Source: Trypanosoma brucei (lineage: Eukaryota). Taken from it: a stretch of DNA of 64,000 nt. Made by a program: the position numbers and the translations under genes. Below are positions 10,534 to 19,901 of the stretch, piece after piece (positions within the stretch are counted from its first letter, which is position 1; the number at the start of each line of letters is the position of its first letter). Below the pieces are notes generated by a model. The model ran no database searches. It worked only from the letters and a program-made list of their open reading frames with translations, and was not told where the DNA came from. The DNA is taken from contig CP000070.1 of the NCBI GenBank assembly GCA_000002445.1, positions 1,440,001 to 1,504,000 on the forward strand, written 5' to 3'.

Positions 10534-12195
10534 ATGTATACAACAACAGACCTCATACAGACGCGGGTCGCTCCAGCACACTTGTTTGTTATTGTCTACT
10601 TTCTACAGTGGTTGTTTGTGGCGAGTACCGCATCTGGCGAGAGTGTTCATGCGATCTTCAAAATATCGAAATCTGGAGATGCACCCTTCTTCAAACAAGC
10701 TGAGAGGCACTGCGAGCGCGCTAAAATGCGTCTTGCGACGCCGACGACGGCAAAGGGGGCGACTGCTGTGAAGAAGTTGCTGAAACGCTGCGGTCCATCT
10801 GATGTACCCGTACTTGGCGGTGGCCTAAGCGTGCGATGCAGCAGTAACTCTTTTTTCTTCTTGTGGTCACCGAAACTGGATGAACCCAAGTACCCTGTTG
10901 AGGACACAGCACCATACTGCGGGGAACGCGATCCGCGAGGGTGGGGGACCAAGTGTGTGACAAGGAACAGGAGTGCGGGGAGGTTATTTTACCAATTTCA
11001 TACATCTGAGGGCGAGAAAGGGAACTGTACCGGACCTGTGACAATGGACTATGACCCGGCGATTCTCTATGAATTGGAGGTCCCTAGTGCTGGTGAGGAG
11101 GGTCTCCTCGCATGGGTTGTCTCGCGTGGTGGCAAGAACGGAAGCACTGCTGCGCTTAGGAGCCTTCGATCAGACTTGGAGGACACATCCCGCGCATACA
11201 TTGGAGATTCGAGCAAAATGATCGAGTACGTCCTGTGTGAGGGTGGAAGGTCCTCCGTCGTGTCTTCCACATCATGCTATTCCGTTTCTTATGCTTCTGT
11301 GCCAAATGTTGGCGGTTCAAGTCGAACGGGTGTTCATTGGTTGGTGATTGTCTTCCTCTCCTTCATCGGATTGATTGTGTTATGTGTAGTAACCCTGTCT
11401 ATTGTCGGTGGAGTTACGAAAAAAGTAACCGCAGGGAATGTTGATCGGGGAGACAACACTGGTAGTGGACGGCGACGAACCTCTTTGTCTCACAGCAGCT
11501 GGCATGTAATGAGCCAACCAGGAGGCAGCAGCGGGATTCAATATTCTCGTCGTGGTAGCCAGCCGGGTAACATCCTTTCTCCGCTTCAAGATGCTGCGAG
11601 CATTAACATGCAACGCTATGAAAGCGATGGGGTAGCCGCTGTACCTCGGCAAGGAAGCTTTAACGGCAGAAACACACAACAGCGAAGTAGTTTACCAACA
11701 AACGTAAATCAAGCGCAACAAAATTACAACACAAACAGAGTTACGTCACAAGTAAGCAATTATAGCGCAAGCTTACATCGTCTCGGGAGCTTCCGTGGCC
11801 CCATCATCCATCGTCAAGGAAGCTTCAACAACATTACCTCCGTACCAGCAGGGAATACCTATACTGGGGGTTTATCGCGTCCTGGGAGCTTCCGTGGCTC
11901 AAGCCCCAACCATCAAGGAAGTTTTAACCGTAGTGATATATTTCGCGATCCTAGTCTCTATGGTGAATCTCCTCCTCACGGTGATCCACGCTTGGGTTTA
12001 AACCCTCTTCGGGACATTGGCTACGACAGGGGAAATGCCCCAGAGCAGGTGAGCCTTTCTTCGGTCGGTATGGCCCAACAGGGCAACTTTGCAAACGTTG
12101 GTGCACGTGGCGGGAGCTTCCGAGGAATAAACCGCAACCAACAAGGAAGTTTCCGCAACTCGAACCCGCCGTCTGGTGGTTTGTTTAACACGTAG
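10534..12195 (+). CDS. Type-I membrane protein (553 aa), paralogue A. It has a signal peptide, a Cys-containing ectodomain, one transmembrane helix, and a Ser/Gly/Asn/Gln-rich cytoplasmic tail with reiterated R-x-G-S-F motifs.
   Basis: ATG at 10534. N-terminal hydrophobic segment LFVIVYFLQWLFVASTASG. Transmembrane helix VHWLVIVFLSFIGLIVLCVVTLSIVGGV. The tail contains RRGSQ, RQGSFN, RLGSFRG, RQGSFNN, RPGSFRG, HQGSFNR, RGGSFRG and QQGSFRN. Confidence 0.8.
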   Translation: MYTTTDLIQTRVAPAHLFVIVYFLQWLFVASTASGESVHAIFKISKSGDAPFFKQAERHCERAKMRLATPTTAKGATAVKKLLKRCGPSDVPVLGGGLSVRCSSNSFFFLWSPKLDEPKYPVEDTAPYCGERDPRGWGTKCVTRNRSAGRLFYQFHTSEGEKGNCTGPVTMDYDPAILYELEVPSAGEEGLLAWVVSRGGKNGSTAALRSLRSDLEDTSRAYIGDSSKMIEYVLCEGGRSSVVSSTSCYSVSYASVPNVGGSSRTGVHWLVIVFLSFIGLIVLCVVTLSIVGGVTKKVTAGNVDRGDNTGSGRRRTSLSHSSWHVMSQPGGSSGIQYSRRGSQPGNILSPLQDAASINMQRYESDGVAAVPRQGSFNGRNTQQRSSLPTNVNQAQQNYNTNRVTSQVSNYSASLHRLGSFRGPIIHRQGSFNNITSVPAGNTYTGGLSRPGSFRGSSPNHQGSFNRSDIFRDPSLYGESPPHGDPRLGLNPLRDIGYDRGNAPEQVSLSSVGMAQQGNFANVGARGGSFRGINRNQQGSFRNSNPPSGGLFNT

Positions 12196-13365
12196 GGAGT
12201 TCGCGCCATCTTTTGGCTTCACCCAATGGGAGTAGTTTGGTGTTGCTTGCTGACGTGCCTTTGACCAATGCGGAGATGAGTACATCCGCATATCGAACCA
12301 ATTAGTTACTACAGCGTCTGTGTTAGGTCATTGCCTTACATCCTTCGCTACTTCACTGTATCATCGGATTGAGTATTTTACCACTGTTACTCCCCTCTAC
12401 ATATATTCGCGTTTATACCCTTACCCTACGGTTTTGTCAAATATATATATATATACATGTGTGTGCGTGTGAAGTTTCCCCCACTTTGTTTTGAGTGCAT
12501 TCGCTACGACATGCGTGACAGTGACGCTATTTGGACCACTTCGTTGCGTACGTATCGTAGGCTGCACAGCGAGCACCTTCGCATCGCCTCATTGTTTACG
12601 ATGTGGTCACGCTCCACCCTCTCTTTTTCACTGCGACATGGTTGAACTATGAGTTTGGAGTTGACCCTCCATAGTACTGTCGTGTATTTCGTGTTATTCT
12701 TTTTTTTTTCTCTGTTGTCTCCGCTTGTGCCTTGCTTATGCTTCTATTTTCTTTGTGCCTTCTATTTCCCCGTTTCCGTCAGTGGCTCTACAGTCTGAGT
12801 GAGTGCGGTGGTGAAATGCGGTGTATTGCGCAATGCGCGTGTCAACTGCTTCCTTTCCTTTTGTTTGATATTATTTCCCTCATCATTTTCTTTTCAGACG
12901 TTTTATTATTTTCTGTTATTATTATTATTATTTATTTTTTATTCTTTGCTCATTCATTACCGAGGGTACCGTAATAGATATGATGTGGTATTGGCTTACT
13001 GCTACACCTTTTCTTACTATCCCGCAACCTTGTTCTAGTCCTTTGGAGGGGGTAAGTCACTCCAGAGATTACGATGGGATAAAATGAGTCGGCCGATTGT
13101 TTATATGTTACTCGGGGTGCGCAATGCTGAACGTTTTGTTGTGTGTACAGAGGATTCTTTGCCTTCTTTACTCTTTACCATGTTCTTTCAATTATTTTCT
13201 TACTTCTCCCATAATAGTAAGGTGTGATTATACTCAAGTGGATATCCGTGTGTGACGTGTGCTGGTGCCAATAGGCGTGCTAAACACACGAGTCTCCCTC
13301 TTCAGTGATAAACTCGATTTAACATTTATTTGTAATTCTTACCACTGACCATTCATCTTCATGCG

Positions 13366-16086
13366 ATGTCTGCCTCTCGATCTCCCTCTGGCAGTGGGAG
13401 TTTGTATCCCGCTGGCACCATGTCAACGGGATGTTCCCTGCCTTCATTGACGTGTCCCCCGAAACTTGGTGTGGGCAAGGTTGAGGGCAGTAGCGACACT
13501 GTTTCCATGGAGCGCTCGCAAGCTGGCAGCCAGTGGGCCGGCGGGACACATGCTGAAGAAGTGTGGGCATGCAAAAATGCTGCTTACACCAGGGCAATGA
13601 AATATTCCAAAGGATTGGTTGCGGACGTGGTGGATAGTTCGGTAGAATTCCTGCCACGCCGTCTCATGAGGAGTTCTGTGAACCACAGTATAAAGGACAG
13701 GAAATCGTCTTTCAGTGTCATGGCTGATGTTGGGCGCGACACGCAACAGCAATCTTTGGCTGCCACAAGCTGCAAAGGTACTTCATCCACTCCCATGAGT
13801 GAAGCCACATTCCCATTCCTTGACGGTGGGAAGGTACAACCAACGGATCCAGGGCACCTAAAAGCTGGAATTACGTACGATCCGCAGTCGTATGGATCGC
13901 TTTTACCCACGACGCTGAAGGTACGATCCGTTGAGGAAGCTGTGAGTGGCCCTCTAATGGGGGTTGCGGCTAACGAAATGTTTGCAAACCGAGATGCTAA
14001 ACAGATGTTGAGGGGTATTCTCCAGCCGGTACAGAAGACTTCGCAATTTTCACAGTACTTTGATCGACAACAGTTTGAGGGTAAAATGAGGCAGTTGGAG
14101 GAAAGCGCGCGACACTTCAGCAAATGTCTTGCTCAGCGTGTGTCTTCCAGTACCGGTGGTGGTGGTGTGATGATTGTCGTAAACGATTCTGATGATGGGA
14201 GCTCCGACGACGGTGGTTTGATGGGTGACGGTGTGAGACGCAGAGCTCGAAAGCCCGCCAAAATGGTAGACGAAGCGCGAGTAGCTGGCGACGCTGAATC
14301 TAATGCCCGGAAACAGCGACTTAACGCACTTCGTTGCACTCCACAGAATCTTTGTAGCTCGGTGGCGTTGCGTGATGCGTTGAAGAAAAGCAGGATTACG
14401 GTGAAGAAAGCACGATGCAGTGCTGTTAATGTAGCAAGACACAGCTCTGATCTACTGGAGCTTCTGCGGAGGAGAGGATCGAGGAGCACTGGTCCCCAGG
14501 AAGCGATGGTTGTTTTGCCCAACGAAGAGGTTTCATGGGACACGGGATCTGTTTCACCGAATAAGTGTACCCAAGCCTCATTTGCGTCGATACCGGATTC
14601 TGCATGTGGTAATGAGGGTCACCGCACCAAGGTTGTTACAGACCAGCGCGCTGTAACAATGCTGGAGTCGTTTTTGCGCAGCGGCAAGGGATTGACGACT
14701 CATGGTATTTTACCTGCAACACTGTATGGCAATCACTGTGGCCCCAATGGCGGCCAGTTGATCCCTGCACCAGAATCTTCGCGGTTACCATCAATGCTAG
14801 ATACTGCTTTCAGTGATGTTTTCTCCACTGGTGCATTATCACCAAGTGGGCAGCAGCTAGCGGCATCAGCAGAGTGCTTGCAACAGCAGAGGAAAAGTGT
14901 CCACCGTACGAAACCAGCCCGCCGTGTGATTCCTGTTGGTTACGGGATGAGTGCTCGTGCCCGTCAAAACTACGAGGCGATGGTGGAGAACTGGGAGGTG
15001 AGTGAGATCGAGCAAGAGCTTCGGAACGGGGAAGCATTATGCCACGCCCGCCGTCGGCTGCTGAAGCTCGTGTCTGAGCGCAAACGGTTGTTAAACGCGT
15101 CGCTCGCGCACTTCCACCATAACCCGCAGCAAGCCGTGTCGCTGCAGCGGCGTGAGATATTCCGGATGGTTGTCGAGGTTGATGCCGAGGACCGTAAGCA
15201 GGCGTGTTTTTCATTTGTTGATTTGCTTGAACAGTGCTGCCGGAACACTCTGGATGATGCCGCATGGTCTGTTGTTTCCGGCGCCTTGAAGTCTAGCCGC
15301 GATCTTATCCAACTCTCTCCACTACGGTGCAACCCGCAGAATTTCATTTCCATTCTGAACGACTGTCTGTCATTGCAGCATATCCGGGATCAGCGCGTTC
15401 AAGATGCTCTACAGTGGTTAGCAAAACTCTTTGGTGTATCGCAAGGGCAATTCAAGTCTGCACTACAATCATTGCACCACAACCTCAACAAGCCACGCGA
15501 TTACGAGGCACGGTTCCATGAAATTGACAGCCGCGTGTGTGGGATAGCAGCGTCCACTGAGAGACGTGTTCGTATTAAACTGCGCCGTTGCAACTTTCAG
15601 CTTCCCCGTCCTGTGGGTGCTGGCAACCAAATGAACCCCCTTGTCACCAGCAATGGTGATGGCGCTGTGGGCTGTGTGTTGGGTCCCAACACCTGTGTTG
15701 ATCGTCCTGAAGTATCGCTCGTTTTTCAGCTGGGAAATGAAACTGCCGTCTCCTCAACACTCAGCGCTCATCGTAGCGGTACCGGAGGGAGTGGTGATGT
15801 GGTGTGTGAGATGGTTGATGACGCCCCGTGCTATGTGGTTGACTTCAATGACGAAATTGTGCAGCTGAAGACTGTGGACACCAGTGTGGTACGCGTCTCT
15901 CTTTACTGCAACGGCAACGTTCTTTGCAGTGGCTTCTTGCACCTGTCCAAGTGTACTTTCCACAGTAATCGTACCTTATCTGTCATTCTTCGTCTCGACA
16001 ACAAAAGAATATTTGTGGCTGATCTGAGGATCAATGTGGAGCTTGTGTATGGAAGGGACCGCCGGGGGCGGGGTGGGAGAAGGTAG
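13366..16086 (+). CDS. Hypothetical protein of 906 aa (copy A). It has no recognisable domain and an acidic Asp/Ser-rich patch flanked by basic stretches.
   Basis: ATG-initiated 2.7-kb ORF duplicated at 19902-22622; the two copies differ at 3 amino-acid positions. Confidence 0.75.
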   Translation: MSASRSPSGSGSLYPAGTMSTGCSLPSLTCPPKLGVGKVEGSSDTVSMERSQAGSQWAGGTHAEEVWACKNAAYTRAMKYSKGLVADVVDSSVEFLPRRLMRSSVNHSIKDRKSSFSVMADVGRDTQQQSLAATSCKGTSSTPMSEATFPFLDGGKVQPTDPGHLKAGITYDPQSYGSLLPTTLKVRSVEEAVSGPLMGVAANEMFANRDAKQMLRGILQPVQKTSQFSQYFDRQQFEGKMRQLEESARHFSKCLAQRVSSSTGGGGVMIVVNDSDDGSSDDGGLMGDGVRRRARKPAKMVDEARVAGDAESNARKQRLNALRCTPQNLCSSVALRDALKKSRITVKKARCSAVNVARHSSDLLELLRRRGSRSTGPQEAMVVLPNEEVSWDTGSVSPNKCTQASFASIPDSACGNEGHRTKVVTDQRAVTMLESFLRSGKGLTTHGILPATLYGNHCGPNGGQLIPAPESSRLPSMLDTAFSDVFSTGALSPSGQQLAASAECLQQQRKSVHRTKPARRVIPVGYGMSARARQNYEAMVENWEVSEIEQELRNGEALCHARRRLLKLVSERKRLLNASLAHFHHNPQQAVSLQRREIFRMVVEVDAEDRKQACFSFVDLLEQCCRNTLDDAAWSVVSGALKSSRDLIQLSPLRCNPQNFISILNDCLSLQHIRDQRVQDALQWLAKLFGVSQGQFKSALQSLHHNLNKPRDYEARFHEIDSRVCGIAASTERRVRIKLRRCNFQLPRPVGAGNQMNPLVTSNGDGAVGCVLGPNTCVDRPEVSLVFQLGNETAVSSTLSAHRSGTGGSGDVVCEMVDDAPCYVVDFNDEIVQLKTVDTSVVRVSLYCNGNVLCSGFLHLSKCTFHSNRTLSVILRLDNKRIFVADLRINVELVYGRDRRGRGGRR

Positions 16087-17112
16087 GAACGGCTCGTGAG
16101 TCTGTGTGGCCTTTGCTCACATAAATGGTCACGGGATTAACGTTCGAATGTATGTGTATCTTTGTGCATATGTGCACTGTGCGTTTGCTGTAACATGAAA
16201 CTGTCCTGGATATGATAATGTTTCTTCACGCTTGTGTTTTATTGGTTTGCGTAAACGGGAACCGTCACATGAGCAATGTTAGCCTTTCTTTTTTTCCTTT
16301 ACTTGCTGTACATGTTATGGATGAGAGCCTTGTTTGTTCTGCTCTTTATCCTTCCCTCTCTCATACACACACTTTCACCGTTTCTTTTCCATTATTTTAT
16401 AACTGATTGATGGTCATTAGAGGTCGAGTGTGCTTCACTGCTGGGGTAGCGGTAAGGGGCGCGCAAAAACCCACACGTTTGTGTGGTGTCATTGAGGCTG
16501 GTAATGGAAGGTCGTTTACTCTCCAGTATTTTTCGGAATTACGATTTGTATTTTTATCATAGTGAGTAATTTGTTTTTTTCTAGACTTCATGCACACCTT
16601 TTAGATTTTCTGTTGCTGTTTTAAAGAACGATGTATTATTTTTGTCGTTTTGTTACTGCTGCTCCCATTTTTTATCTATTCGTCCCTTATTATGGTGTGA
16701 GCTCTTTTAACTTTACTGCCGTTATGGCACTGTGGCTGAGGCAATCTTTTAAAACTTTAGATTAATTTTTTTTTAAAATCACTTTTATGGTTTTTTGTCG
16801 TTTTTTTTTCCAACTGAACTACCTGTACTACCGTTGCATTTTTTTTTATGAAGTTGGGGTGTTCTCTGCCTTTTTTGTGGAGATGCAGCCATACTTTGTT
16901 ACCACTAACGAGTGTGGTAGCTATCTTTTTCGGCTACAGTCGTCACGGATAAGGATGCCTTGCGTGCATTGTGCCGCCATCCCTCCATGTATGTCTTCTT
17001 GATGATACTCGTTTACTTCTTTCTTTGACCTTTCCCACTGTTTATTTTTGCTGACGTGTACGAAAGAGGCACTGTGACACTCCAGTTGCAATTAAGTAAT
17101 AACACCTGAGGT

Positions 17113-18735
17113 ATGTATACAACAACAGACCTCATACAGACGCGGGTCGCTCCAGCACACTTGTTTGTTATTGTCTACTTTCTACAGTGGTTGTTTGTGG
17201 CGAGTACCGCATCTGGCGAGAGTGTTCATGCGATCTTCAAAATATCGAAATCTGGAGATGCACCCTTCTTCAAACAAGCTGAGAGGCACTGCGAGCGCGC
17301 TAAAATGCGTCTTGCGACGCCGACGACGGCAAAGGGGGCGACTGCTGTGAAGAAGTTGCTGAAACGCTGCGGTCCATCTGATGTACCCGTACTTGGCGGT
17401 GGCCTAAGCGTGCGATGCAGCAGTAACTCTTTTTTCTTCTTGTGGTCACCGAAACTGGATGAACCCAAGTACCCTGTTGAGGACACAGCACCATACTGCG
17501 GGGAACGCGATCCGCGAGGGTGGGGGACCAAGTGTGTGACAAGGAACAGGAGTGCGGGGAGGTTATTTTACCAATTTCATACATCTGAGGGCGAGAAAGG
17601 GAACTGTACCGGACCTGTGACAATGGACTATGACCCGGCGATTCTCTATGAATTGGAGGTCCCTAGTGCTGGTGAGGAGGGTCTCCTCGCATGGGTTGTC
17701 TCGCGTGGTGGCAAGAACGGAAGCACTGCTGCGCTTAGGAGCCTTCGATCAGACTTGGAGGACACATCCCGCGCATACATTGGAGATTCGAGCAAAATGA
17801 TCGAGTACGTCCTGTGTGAGGGTGGAAGGTCCTCCGTCGTGTCTTCCACATCATGCTATTCCGTTCCTTTTATCCTATCAGTTGCAAGTAGCGATGACAA
17901 GTCGCATTTTGATCATCGGCACAACGTCACTATTGGTATATTGGTTTTAATTGTTTTAATTTTAATTATTGTAGCCGCTTTCTTAATTTTGTGGCTCCTT
18001 TCACGGAACCGTCCGGCAGGTGATGTTGAGGAAAACCGGCGCAACGGATCAGATGTACAGAGAACTGTCGTTGAGTCGGTTGGTGATTTAGGTGGAACTG
18101 TTAGATCCGAAAGCTACTCGGGGCGAGGTAGCAAGTCGGGTGACAATCTTTGTCGTCCGGAAAATGTAAACGGTAATTGTCCCCAGGTGAATAATGGATT
18201 CTGTGTTAACGGATCCCCCCAACAAGAAAATTTGCAAATGAATGCCCCTGGACAACAACCAAATTTTAACTACCACAGCACAACACCCGAAATACAAACA
18301 TACAGTGGCGAAATGGAACTACGGACTAACTTTGGTGGTCCTATCTTGTACCGCCAAGGAAGCTTCAGACAAAATATAACCTCCGACGTCAATCCAACAC
18401 CGCTAAGCGCCACACAGCGTCCTGGGAGCTTCCGTGGCTCAAGCCCCAACCATCAGGGTTGTTTCAACCGTAGTGATGTATTTCGTGAGCCTAGTCTCTA
18501 TGGTGAATCTCCTCCTCACGGTGATCCACGCTTGGGTTTAAACCATCCTCGGGACATTGGCTACGACAGGGGAAATGCCCCGGAGCAGGTGAGCCTTTCT
18601 TCGGTCGGTATGGCCCAACAGGGCAACTTTGCAAACGTTGGTGCACGTGGCGGGAACTTCCGAGGAATAAACCGCAACCAACAAGGAAGTTTCCGCAACT
18701 CGAACCCGCCGTCTGGTGGTTTGTTTAACACGTAG
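17113..18735 (+). CDS. Type-I membrane protein (540 aa), paralogue B. The N-terminal 263 aa are identical to paralogue A. The transmembrane and juxtamembrane segment is diverged. The C-terminal ~100 aa are near-identical.
   Basis: ATG at 17113. Transmembrane helix IGILVLIVLILIIVAAFLILWLL. The tail carries YRQGSFRQN, RPGSFRG, GGNFRG and QQGSFRN. Confidence 0.8.
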   Translation: MYTTTDLIQTRVAPAHLFVIVYFLQWLFVASTASGESVHAIFKISKSGDAPFFKQAERHCERAKMRLATPTTAKGATAVKKLLKRCGPSDVPVLGGGLSVRCSSNSFFFLWSPKLDEPKYPVEDTAPYCGERDPRGWGTKCVTRNRSAGRLFYQFHTSEGEKGNCTGPVTMDYDPAILYELEVPSAGEEGLLAWVVSRGGKNGSTAALRSLRSDLEDTSRAYIGDSSKMIEYVLCEGGRSSVVSSTSCYSVPFILSVASSDDKSHFDHRHNVTIGILVLIVLILIIVAAFLILWLLSRNRPAGDVEENRRNGSDVQRTVVESVGDLGGTVRSESYSGRGSKSGDNLCRPENVNGNCPQVNNGFCVNGSPQQENLQMNAPGQQPNFNYHSTTPEIQTYSGEMELRTNFGGPILYRQGSFRQNITSDVNPTPLSATQRPGSFRGSSPNHQGCFNRSDVFREPSLYGESPPHGDPRLGLNHPRDIGYDRGNAPEQVSLSSVGMAQQGNFANVGARGGNFRGINRNQQGSFRNSNPPSGGLFNT

Positions 18736-19901
18736 GGAGTTCGCGCCATCTTTTGGCTTCACCCAATGGGAGTAGTTTGGTGTTGCTTGCTGACGTGCCT
18801 TTGACCAATGCGGAGATGAGTACATCCGCATATCGAACCAATTAGTTACTACAGCGTCTGTGTTAGGTCATTGCCTTACATCCTTCGCTACTTCACTGTA
18901 TCATCGGATTGAGTATTTTACCACTGTTACCCCCCTCTACATATATTCGCGTTTATACCCTTACCCTACGGTTTTGTCAAATATATATACATACATATGT
19001 GTGCGTGTGAAGTTTCCCCCACTTTGTTTTGAGTGCATTCGCTACGACATGCGTGACAGTGGCGCTATTTGGACCACTTCGTTGCGTACGTATCGTAGGC
19101 TGCACAGCGAGCACCTTCGCATCGCCTCATTGTTTACGATGTGGTCACGCTCCACCCTCTCTTTTTCACTGCGACATGGTTGAACTATGAGTTTGGAGTT
19201 GACCCTCCATAGTACTGTCGTGTATTTCGTGTTATTCGTTTTTTTTTCTGTTGTCTCCGCTTGTGCCTTGCTTATGCTTCTATTTTCTTTGTGCCTTCTA
19301 TTTCCCCGTTTCCGTCAGTGGCTCTACAGTCTGAGTGAGTGCGGTGGTGAAATGCGGTGTATTGCGCAATGCGCGTGTCAACTGCTTCCTTTCCTTTTGT
19401 TTGATATTATTTCCCTCATCATTTTCTTTTCAGACGTTTTATTATTTTCTGTTATTATTATTATTATTTATTTTTTATTCTTTGCTCATTCATTACCGAG
19501 GGTACCGTAATAGATATGATGTGGTATTGGCTTACTGCTACACCTTTTCTTACTATCCCGCAACCTTGTTCTAGTCCTTTGGAGGGGGTAAGTCACTCCA
19601 GAGATTACGATGGGATAAAATGAGTCGGCCGATTGTTTATATGTTACTCGGGGTGCGCAATGCTGAACGTTTTGTTGTGTGTACAGAGGATTCTTTGCCT
19701 TCTTTACTCTTTACCATGTTCTTTCAATTATTTTCTTACTTCTCCCATAATAGTAAGGTGTGATTATACTCAAGTGGATATCCGTGTGTGACGTGTGCTG
19801 GTGCCAATAGGCGTGCTAAACACACGAGTCTCCCTCTTCAGTGATAAACTCGATTTAACATTTATTTGTAATTCTTACCACTGACCATTCATCTTCATGC
19901 G

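Larger units (their letters stand above)
10200..16540 (+). repeat. Tandem segmental duplication, copy A (~6.3 kb). It contains the 553-aa and 906-aa genes plus their flanking intergenic DNA.
   Basis: Near-identical to 16780-23075. Identity begins at actttaatggttttttgtcg (10201 / 16781). It ends at ...ctccagtatttttc (about 16540 / about 23075). Confidence 0.9.

Noticed and set aside
12457-13038. Intergenic ORFs 12457-12645, 12732-12974 and 12799-13038 (and their duplicates 18860-19574).
   Set aside because: They overlap one another in different frames in T-rich DNA between two real genes, and are conserved only through the segmental duplication.
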